Source: a bacterium (lineage in GTDB: Bacteria; Zhuqueibacterota; Zhuqueibacteria; Oceanimicrobiales; Oceanimicrobiaceae). From it: 10,781 nucleotides of DNA. Where the stretch lies: positions 1 to 10,781 of the forward strand of contig JBHHXT010000172.1 of NCBI GenBank assembly GCA_046757165.1, read 5' to 3'. The position numbers and the translations under genes are program-made. The notes under the pieces were generated by a model. It did not search any database. It was not told the DNA's origin and was given only the letters and a program-made list of their open reading frames with translations. Positions 1-6,571 of this stretch are shown one piece after another; position 1 is the stretch's first letter, and each line of letters starts with the position of its first letter.

Positions 1-244
1 GCCCTTCTTGAATGTCTCTGTAGAACTGGATGATATGTTTGTTCGTATCAGATACCAATGCCCTTTCTGGATTGATGTTGAAAAGAACCACTCCCGATCC
101 CAGGAATGGTTCAATCCATTTGCCCTGGCCGTGCCATTTTACGGTTGTGGCGATGAAACTTACAAGCTTGGTCTTGATTCCCTGGCACTTTAGGGGAGGG
201 ACAACGACCTTGCCAATATGTCTTGGTAAGAAATGCTCGCTCAT
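1..244 (-). CDS. DNA adenine methyltransferase, M.EcoRV/Dam (D12 class N6-adenine) family; N-terminal 81 codons, truncated by window edge
   Basis: Hand translation from ATG at 244-242: MSEHFLPRHIGKVVVPPLKCQGIKTKLVSFIATTVKWHGQGKWIEPFLGSGVVLFNINPERALVSDTNKHIIQFYRDIQEG. It has motif X (PPLKCQGIKTKL), SAM-binding motif I (EPFLGSG) and motif II (SDTN), closely resembling the M.EcoRV N-terminus as I recall it. The start overlaps the endonuclease stop (TAATG). Not in the ORF track. Confidence 0.93.
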   Translation of the reverse strand, partial: MSEHFLPRHIGKVVVPPLKCQGIKTKLVSFIATTVKWHGQGKWIEPFLGSGVVLFNINPERALVSDTNKHIIQFYRDIQEG

Positions 245-933
245 TATTTCTTATACTCCCTCCAATACTGGTCAAATTCACTTTTTGATGAGAAGCCCAG
301 TTTGCCCTCTTTGAAATCATGAATATTATTACAAGAGATAGAACCTATGTTCGTAGTGTTGCCGCTGCCAGGAGTTCTTCCGGCAATTCTGAACTTCTTT
401 TGAACAAAGAATTCGATGTCGGTGAACGGAGATTGCAACTGTGATGCTTCAATAATCTGTCTTATTTCCGTTATTTTGCATTCTGGATTTCTTGTGTAAA
501 GAAAACCGATAACCCAGTGTTCTATATAGTCCGAATACGGATACAATATGCCCTTCTTTCCTTCAGGATCACGCAAAAAGGACCGGTAGGACCCCAAAGT
601 AAACCTGAATTTCTTGACACTCCCGTTCTTATGGAATTTTCTGTAAGTAGATTTAACTTCGATCGCAATCTTTTCCTTTGGTTTCGAGTCCTCAAACAGG
701 GTAAAGTCTGGGTAAGCGGTTTGAGCAGATTTTTCAAGTTTCGTTCCGTGTTTTTCGGCAAGGCTGAAGACAATTGGTTCACAGAAAATCTCAAAAATTC
801 CGGATAATATTTTGGAATCATAGGACAGTGTATGAACTTTCGAATGTTTGGTAAGAATGCCGACAAGTCCCCATTCCAGGCCACCGGGATAAAGTTTGCC
901 TATTTCTGCATAGAATTCATCATCGACCTTCAT
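244..933 (-). CDS. EcoRV-family type II restriction endonuclease (probable GATATC specificity)
   Basis: 229 aa. DSKILSGIFEIF (EcoRV K38/E45 region), YPDFTL...KIAIEVKSTY (PD-(D/E)xK core), FTLGSY, and recognition loop GSGNTTNIGS matching the EcoRV R-loop. Adjacent to a cognate-type MTase. Confidence 0.93.
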   Translation of the reverse strand: MKVDDEFYAEIGKLYPGGLEWGLVGILTKHSKVHTLSYDSKILSGIFEIFCEPIVFSLAEKHGTKLEKSAQTAYPDFTLFEDSKPKEKIAIEVKSTYRKFHKNGSVKKFRFTLGSYRSFLRDPEGKKGILYPYSDYIEHWVIGFLYTRNPECKITEIRQIIEASQLQSPFTDIEFFVQKKFRIAGRTPGSGNTTNIGSISCNNIHDFKEGKLGFSSKSEFDQYWREYKK

Positions 934-1097
934 ATTTTTGCTACACTATCCTTTCCCAAAAGTGTCGCACGAAGAACTCCCCCAGGGGCTGCGGATAATT
1001 TATGAGATCCATGACAAAAAAGAAACCCCTATTTTTCCATCTTTGGCGGATGGGAAGCATTCACACGAAAAACAAATCCAGACGAACAAAATTCTCC

Positions 1098-1126
1098 TTG
1101 ACAAACACCCCCTGATTGCTTAGATT
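1098..1126 (+). promoter_or_regulatory. sigma70-type promoter for the tetR-efflux operon
   Basis: Perfect -35 TTGACA (1098-1103), 17-bp spacer, -10 TAGATT (1121-1126). Confidence 0.8.
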
Positions 1127-1155
1127 GGAAACTGTCAATACGAAATAAGTTTCCA
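1126..1155. promoter_or_regulatory. Putative TetR operator (inverted repeat)
   Basis: TGGAAACT (1126-1133)-N14-AGTTTCCA (1148-1155): a perfect 8-bp inverted repeat overlapping the end of the -10 box and the expected transcription start, just upstream of the TetR gene. Confidence 0.72.
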
Positions 1156-1169
1156 CAGGGAGAAAGCTC

Positions 1170-1781
1170 ATCACCCTGCAAACATCCAAAAGCCGCATCC
1201 TGGAGGCTGCGCGCGAGAAATTCTTTCACCACGGCTTCTCAAAAGTCACGATGGAGGAGCTTGCGCTCGAACTGGGCATGAGCAAGAAAACGCTCTACAA
1301 ACATTTTCCGCAAAAAACCGTACTTTTGCGGGAGGTCGTCGAGATGACGCTGAGCGAGATGAGGTCCGGCGTTGAGGCCTTGCTCAACGATGAGACCGCT
1401 CCCTTCACCGTCAGACTGCAGAAGCTTCTGCGGTTTGTGGGCGTGCATGCCTCGAAATTCCTGCAACGTGATTTCCTGACAGACCTGCAGAGAAACGCGC
1501 CGGCCATCTGGAGCCACATCGAGGCTTTCCGAAAAGAAATGATCCACACCAGGTTTGCGCGCCTCATCCGCCAGGGTGTCGAGCAAGGCGTGTTCCGCAG
1601 CGACGTCGACCAGGAGCTCGTGGTCCTGATCTATTTCAGTTTGGTGCAAAACATCATCAATCCGGCCACACTATCCAACCTGCCGTTCACGACAAAACAG
1701 GTTTTCGATTCAATCATCAAGCTGCTTCTCGAGGGCTTGTTAACGGAAGGGGCCAGAAGCCAATTGACAGGAGAGGGTTAA
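1170..1781 (+). CDS. TetR/AcrR-family transcriptional regulator (about 203 aa; start uncertain, likely ATC 1170 or CTG 1176)
   Basis: The track ORF 1251-1781 begins in mid-HTH (MEELALELGMSKKTLYKHF). The frame is open back to TAA 1146-1148 and encodes helix 1 (KSRILEAAREKFFHHGFSKVT). SD GGAG 1159-1162 lies 7 nt before ATC 1170. C-terminal LIRQGVEQGVFRSDVD is typical of the family. Confidence 0.88.
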   Translation: MTLQTSKSRILEAAREKFFHHGFSKVTMEELALELGMSKKTLYKHFPQKTVLLREVVEMTLSEMRSGVEALLNDETAPFTVRLQKLLRFVGVHASKFLQRDFLTDLQRNAPAIWSHIEAFRKEMIHTRFARLIRQGVEQGVFRSDVDQELVVLIYFSLVQNIINPATLSNLPFTTKQVFDSIIKLLLEGLLTEGARSQLTGEG

Positions 1782-1782
1782 G

Positions 1783-3117
1783 ATGAGAGCTCGGTTTTCG
1801 TCATTTCACAGGATCTTGCTGTGCGGCCTGCTCTGGACGTGCGGCGTCCCGACCCTTGCCGCGCAGCAGGTGCTGACATTGCAGGAGGCGTTGCAGCGTG
1901 CCCGGCGCAACAACTTGCAGATCAGACAGCAGGGAGAAAACGCGCGCATGGCGCAATTGCAGGAGCTGGTGCAGAAATCTCGTCGGCTGCCGGCCCTCGA
2001 TCTGAGCGTGAATTCGGTTTATTTCTCGGAAGTGAACGAAATCGATTTGAGCCGCACCATCGAATTTGTAGATCGCAAAGTGCAACTTGGCGGCCATGAG
2101 CGCTCGGAGCTTCTCCTGAGCGTGCGGCAGCCGGTATTCACCGGCTTTCGGCTGCAATCGCAAGTGGAATTGGCTAAGAACGCGACCTCGAGCGAGCAGG
2201 CCAGAATCGACCTTTTGTCGAATGAGGTCTATCATCAGGTCTACCTGCTCTTCTACCAGTCACAAAACCTGTTCAACCAGAAGCTTCTTTTGCAGGCGAG
2301 TCTGGACAGGCTCCACATTCAGTTGCAGAACGTGCGCAATCTGTTTGCTGCGGCGCAGGTGATGGCCTTTGATACACTGCGCGTTTATAACCAGACACTG
2401 GCAGTCAACATCGATTTGGAGAAGACCGGGCTCGCGGCCAGGCTGACCCGCCTGCAAATGGCGCTGCTTCTCGATTTGCAACCGCCGGTACAAATTGCGA
2501 AGATCGACCTGCCGCGGCCGGAAGCTCCCCCCTATGAGCTGCAGCCGTTGCTCAACGAGGCGCATTCGAAACGGCCGGAGCTTGCTGGGGTGCGTCTCGC
2601 GCTCCGGGGCGCCAGTATCCAGCGCAAGCTCGCCCGCGCCGCTTACCTGCCGACGGTTTTCGCCGCCGGCACGCTGCACTACGCCAGGCCCGGCCTGGAT
2701 CCGGTCGCGAACAACTGGATGGACTATTTTTCCGTGGGCATCGACCTGCGATGGAATCTTTGGCGCTGGCGAGCCGACCGTCGAAGCGTGGAAAAGCTCG
2801 ACGTCCTGGCAAACCGTCTATCGCTGCAAGAGCGCGAGCTGGTGCAGAGAATCGAATTTCAGGTCAAAGAAAGCGTAGAGAAGCTGAACTTCAGCCTGCA
2901 ACAGCTCGACCTGGCGGAGGAATTGCAGGCTCAGCAGGCCGAGCGCTATCGCATCGTTTCGATGCAGCACCAAAACGGCGTGGCCTCGACCAACGATCTG
3001 ATTTCTGCGGAAACGGACTTGACGCGTACGGAACTGCAAACGCAGCAGGCGCTGGTGCAATACTACATTTATTTGTGTGATTTGAAAAAGGCGGTTGGCT
3101 CGATCGCAGAATTTTGA
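1783..3117 (+). CDS. TolC-family outer membrane efflux protein
   Basis: 444 aa with an N-terminal signal peptide, LTLQEALQRARRNN, RQPVFTGF, two helical repeats, and C-terminal GVASTNDLISAETDL...LKKAVG. Starts 1 nt after the TetR stop. Confidence 0.92.
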   Translation: MRARFSSFHRILLCGLLWTCGVPTLAAQQVLTLQEALQRARRNNLQIRQQGENARMAQLQELVQKSRRLPALDLSVNSVYFSEVNEIDLSRTIEFVDRKVQLGGHERSELLLSVRQPVFTGFRLQSQVELAKNATSSEQARIDLLSNEVYHQVYLLFYQSQNLFNQKLLLQASLDRLHIQLQNVRNLFAAAQVMAFDTLRVYNQTLAVNIDLEKTGLAARLTRLQMALLLDLQPPVQIAKIDLPRPEAPPYELQPLLNEAHSKRPELAGVRLALRGASIQRKLARAAYLPTVFAAGTLHYARPGLDPVANNWMDYFSVGIDLRWNLWRWRADRRSVEKLDVLANRLSLQERELVQRIEFQVKESVEKLNFSLQQLDLAEELQAQQAERYRIVSMQHQNGVASTNDLISAETDLTRTELQTQQALVQYYIYLCDLKKAVGSIAEF

Positions 3118-3143
3118 GACCGCCCGGCAATTGAGGAGGAACC

Positions 3144-4031
3144 ATGCAGACCAGGGTAGCAGTCAGTTTCGTTGTTGCACTCTTGTGGGGCGCGGCCTGT
3201 GGGGACGGCAATTCGGACTCGTTTGTGGCCAGCGGAATCATCGAAGGAACGGCCATCAAGGTGTCGGCGCAGACAGGCGGCTTGATCCTGCACATGCCTG
3301 TCGAAGAAGGCGAGGAAATTCAGCTCGAGCAGACCATCGCTGTCATCGATACCGAGAAGCTCGCCCTGCAACTGGAGCAAGTCCAGGCGGCGCTGGAAGA
3401 ACTCGAGGTGCAGGCGCAGATCAGTCGAAATACCTTGACGAATGCCCGCGCCAACCTCGAGAACATCGAAAAAAAATACCAGCGGTTCCAGGACTTGTAC
3501 CAGAAGAACTCGGCATCGCAGCAGACCCTCGACGACTTGAAAATGGCCTATGACGCCGCCAGGACGCAATGGCAAAACGCCCGGCAAACCCTGCAAGTGC
3601 TCGAAAGTAAAGAAAAGGGACTGCGCGCACAAAGAAAGCTGGTGCGCCGCCAGATCGAGGACGCGATCGTCACGGCGCCCATCAGCGGCACCCTCACCAC
3701 ACGCTTCTATGAACCCGGCGAAACCGTCGCTCCCGGCCTGCCCATCGTCGAGCTCATCGACCTCGGGAAAATGTGGACCAAGATCTTTGTTTCCGAAATG
3801 TTGCTGCCAAAGATAGAGATTGGGGGGCAGGCCGTGATCCGGATCGACGGCACCGAACGGACGCTGTCGGGGCGCGTGAGCTGGATCAGCCCAAAGGCGG
3901 AGTTCACGCCCAGGAGTATCTTGACAAAGGAGAACCGGACTTCCCTGGTTTATGCCGTAAAAGTGACTGTGGATAATCCGAGTCAGCTCTTCAAACACGG
4001 GATGCCCGTGGAAGTCATATTGAAGAACTAA
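3144..4031 (+). CDS. HlyD/YbhG-like periplasmic adaptor (membrane fusion protein), probable lipoprotein
   Basis: 295 aa. SD GAGGAGG, lipobox-like GAAC19, SGIIEG and lipoyl half-motifs (VEEGEEI; VTAPISGT), a coiled coil, and the YbhG-type ISPKAEFTP...LVYAVKV motif. Confidence 0.92.
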   Translation: MQTRVAVSFVVALLWGAACGDGNSDSFVASGIIEGTAIKVSAQTGGLILHMPVEEGEEIQLEQTIAVIDTEKLALQLEQVQAALEELEVQAQISRNTLTNARANLENIEKKYQRFQDLYQKNSASQQTLDDLKMAYDAARTQWQNARQTLQVLESKEKGLRAQRKLVRRQIEDAIVTAPISGTLTTRFYEPGETVAPGLPIVELIDLGKMWTKIFVSEMLLPKIEIGGQAVIRIDGTERTLSGRVSWISPKAEFTPRSILTKENRTSLVYAVKVTVDNPSQLFKHGMPVEVILKN

Positions 4032-4067
4032 ACAACAGGAGAACGATCTAGTCATCGGACAACTCCA

Positions 4068-4100
4068 ACCCTGCGTTTTTTTCTCAAAAAAAAACGGGGT
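4068..4100. other. Intergenic stem-loop, possible terminator or processing site
   Basis: ACCC-tg-CGTTTTTTT / CTCAA / AAAAAAACG-GGGT: 13 possible pairs with a 2-nt bulge. No U-tract follows the stem. Confidence 0.45.
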
Positions 4101-4204
4101 GTGAAGATAATTAAATAGCTGAAGTTTGATTCTGCTTGCGACCGATAAAGGTGGATGAGCAGGAATCAGCATTTTGCGTCACACTCGGGTTATGGAGTTG
4201 CCGG

Positions 4205-6376
4205 ATGGAAACAAGAAGAATATTTCGGAAACGAATTCTCCTTAGCTTGGCCCTGTCGAGCAGTTTGATTGCGGCCTTCAACTTCTTGCGGTCGGATGAA
4301 ATCGAGAAAAAAAGAACGCGGGTTGGGGCGCCAGACTACGACGTGCGAATTCTACGCGATACCTGGGGGGTGCCGCACATCTTTGGCGTGACCGACCCCG
4401 ATGTCTCCTATGGCATGGCGTACGCGCACGCCGAGGATGACTTCGAGTCGATTCAAAAAGCGATCATGGGCGCCCGTGGCAAACTGGCCGCCCTGTTTGG
4501 GAAAAAATATGCGCCGAACGACTATATGGTACAACTTCTCAGAGTCTGGGACATCGTCAACGCGAAGTACCACACCGAGCTGAGTCCTGACACCAGAGCC
4601 CTGTGCGAGGCGTACGCACACGGCATCAATCATTACGCCAACCTGCATCCAGACGAGGTGCTGCCGGGCCTGCTGCCCGTGACCGGCAAGGATGTCGTGG
4701 GCGGATTTGTGTACAAGCTGCCATTTTTCTTCCGGCTGCATGAGCAGCTCGAGGAGCTGTTCGAACCCGAGCGCAAACGTGAGGTGTCGGCGGGTCCTTC
4801 GGACAGACCCGTGGCAAAGTATGATTTGAAAAAGGAGGGCTGGAGAGAAATCTACGGCTCAAATGGTTTAGCCGTCAGCCCGGCCCGCTCCGCAAACGGG
4901 GAGACGTTCCTGGCCATCAACTCGCATCAGCCCTGGGAAGGCCCGGTGACCTGGTACGAGGTGCACCTGCACAGCGAGCAAGGGTGGGACATGGTCGGCG
5001 GAATCTTCCCGGGCGGACCAGTGCCGGCGGTCGGCCACAATCGTTACCTCGGCTGGGTGCACACGGTGAACCGGCCCGACTTAATCGATGTCTACGTCCT
5101 TGAGACCAACCCGGAGAATCCCAACCAGTACCGCTTCGACGGGCGCTGGCTTGATCTGGAAGTCAGGACGGCGCCCATCAAGGTGAAGCTCCTGTCAGCG
5201 CTGTCCTGGACCTTCAAGCGTGAGGTCCTGTGGTCTGTTTACGGTCCAGTAGTTCGCAGACCCCATGGCACCTATGCCCTGCGCTACTCTGGCATGGGCG
5301 AAGTGCGTCAGGTCGAGCAATGGTACCGCATGAACAAGGCGAAGAATTTCGAAGAATGGCAATCGGCGATGAAAATGATGACCGTTCCCAAATTCAATTG
5401 TGTCTACGCCGATTATCAGGGCAACATTTTCTATCTCTATAATGGGCTCCTTCCCGTGCGACGCGAGGGGTACGATTGGTCAAAATATTTGCCGGGAAAC
5501 ACGTCCGCGACCCTGTGGCAAAAATACCTGCCCTACTCGAAATTGCCCAAAGTTCTCAACCCATCATCCGGCTTCCTGGTCAGCTGCAACCACAAGCCCT
5601 ACCGGGTGACCATCGGCCCGGGAAATCCGCGCGAGGCCGATTACTCGCCAACCCTCGGCATCATTGAGAAACGAACCAACCGCTCCCTGCGGGCGCTCGA
5701 GCTGTTCAGCTCCGACCCGTCCATTACTGAAGAGGAGTTCTATCAATACAAATTCGACATGGCCTACTCCACCGATTCCGCTTTGGCGAGATATATTCGC
5801 GAAACCCTCAAGGTCCCGGTTCCTGCCGATCCGGTCGCACAAGAAGCCGTGGAAATCTTGCGTTCCTGGGATCTCGAGACCGATCCCGAAAACACCGGAA
5901 CAGCGCTGGCTATTTTGACCTACCAACCGTTCGTGAAGAACAAAATTCTCAACCCGGCGCCCGCGCTGATGATGGAAGCGCTGGTCGAAACAGCAAAAGA
6001 GCTGAAGCAGAAGCACGGCCGCATCGATGTCCCGTGGCACAAAGTCAACCGGCTGATTCGAGGGGACAAGGATTTGGGATTGGGCGGCGGCCCGGATGTG
6101 CTGCATGCGGTCTACGGGGAAAAGATGGCAGACGGGCGGCTCAGAGGGTTCGTCGGCGACTGTTTCACAATCATGGTGACGTGGGACAAGAACGGCCAGG
6201 TGCATTCGCGCAGCATCCATCAGTATGGCACGGCGACGCTGGACAAAACCTCGCCGCATTACGCGGACCAGGCAGAGCTGTTCGTGCAGCGCAAAATGAA
6301 GCCGGTCTGGATGGATGAAAAGGAGATTCGCGCTCATCTGGAGCGAGAGTATCGACCGGGCGAGGAGGTTAATTAG
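4205..6376 (+). CDS. Penicillin acylase family Ntn-hydrolase (peptidase S45; cephalosporin/AHL acylase-like), exported precursor
   Basis: Start refined to ATG 4205 (SD GGAG 4194-4197, 7-nt spacer), 723 aa. Alpha-chain motif ILRDTWGVPHIFG...YGMAYAHAED. The beta chain starts at SNGLAV (Ser codon 4859). Counting from it gives His23, Val70 and Asn244 (SCNH), the catalytic and oxyanion positions of glutaryl-7-ACA acylase. C-terminal SPHYADQAELF. Confidence 0.93.
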   Translation: METRRIFRKRILLSLALSSSLIAAFNFLRSDEIEKKRTRVGAPDYDVRILRDTWGVPHIFGVTDPDVSYGMAYAHAEDDFESIQKAIMGARGKLAALFGKKYAPNDYMVQLLRVWDIVNAKYHTELSPDTRALCEAYAHGINHYANLHPDEVLPGLLPVTGKDVVGGFVYKLPFFFRLHEQLEELFEPERKREVSAGPSDRPVAKYDLKKEGWREIYGSNGLAVSPARSANGETFLAINSHQPWEGPVTWYEVHLHSEQGWDMVGGIFPGGPVPAVGHNRYLGWVHTVNRPDLIDVYVLETNPENPNQYRFDGRWLDLEVRTAPIKVKLLSALSWTFKREVLWSVYGPVVRRPHGTYALRYSGMGEVRQVEQWYRMNKAKNFEEWQSAMKMMTVPKFNCVYADYQGNIFYLYNGLLPVRREGYDWSKYLPGNTSATLWQKYLPYSKLPKVLNPSSGFLVSCNHKPYRVTIGPGNPREADYSPTLGIIEKRTNRSLRALELFSSDPSITEEEFYQYKFDMAYSTDSALARYIRETLKVPVPADPVAQEAVEILRSWDLETDPENTGTALAILTYQPFVKNKILNPAPALMMEALVETAKELKQKHGRIDVPWHKVNRLIRGDKDLGLGGGPDVLHAVYGEKMADGRLRGFVGDCFTIMVTWDKNGQVHSRSIHQYGTATLDKTSPHYADQAELFVQRKMKPVWMDEKEIRAHLEREYRPGEEVN

Positions 6377-6397
6377 TGATTGACAGAAAACGCATCC

Positions 6398-6498
6398 CAG
6401 GCAAGAGTCTCTGGTCATCTCTGCCTGTTGAGGAGATTCTTCGCACAGAAACGCTGGTCTTGAAAAGCAACGAATGGGAGTTTGTGCTCAGAATGACA
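6398..6498. repeat. Degenerate REP-like palindromic element (GAGATTCTTCG...GCTCAGAATGACA type)
   Basis: GAGATTCTTCG at 6433-6443 and GCTCAGAATGACA at 6486-6498 enclose an inner stem GCACAGA/TTTGTGC. A decayed left arm GCAAGAGTCTC (6401-6411) can pair with GAGATTCTTCGC. Family assignment is from memory of similar intergenic repeats. Confidence 0.5.
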
Positions 6499-6515
6499 TG
6501 AGCTTCCGGGTTTTC

Positions 6516-6534
6516 GCTCAATCCCGAATTGAGC
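6516..6534. other. Stem-loop upstream of the first ATPase
   Basis: GCTCAAT-CCCGA-ATTGAGC, a perfect 7-bp stem flanked by TTTTC and AAAT. Confidence 0.45.
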
Positions 6535-6571
6535 AAATCAGGATAAGCCGCAAGGACCGGAAGGGAGGAAC

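Noticed and set aside
111..320. 69-aa minus-strand ORF downstream of the endonuclease
   Set aside because: Wrong frame; the methyltransferase motifs are in the frame starting at ATG 244.
960..1030. Minus-strand promoter for the R-M operon
   Set aside because: TTGTCA (1017-1012) and TAAATT (1002-997) are only 9 bp apart, and I found no correctly spaced pair.
938..1232. Short ORFs 938-1123 (+) and 1029-1232 (-) as a possible R-M controller protein
   Set aside because: No HTH or C-protein pattern; they overlap the promoter, operator and tetR 5' end.
3069..4172. 367-aa minus-strand ORF, and similar long antisense ORFs at 5564-6418, 8400-9185 and 9568-10419
   Set aside because: They lie antisense to well-supported genes, have no recognisable motifs, and are the expected shadows of GC-rich codon usage.
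4136..4204. TTG start for the acylase given by the ORF track
   Set aside because: No SD, and it adds 23 residues ahead of the leader. ATG 4205 has a well-spaced GGAG and starts with a basic n-region.
6380..6410. TTGACA after the acylase stop as an internal promoter for the ATPases
   Set aside because: No credible -10 at 16-18 bp spacing (AAGAGT at 17 bp).
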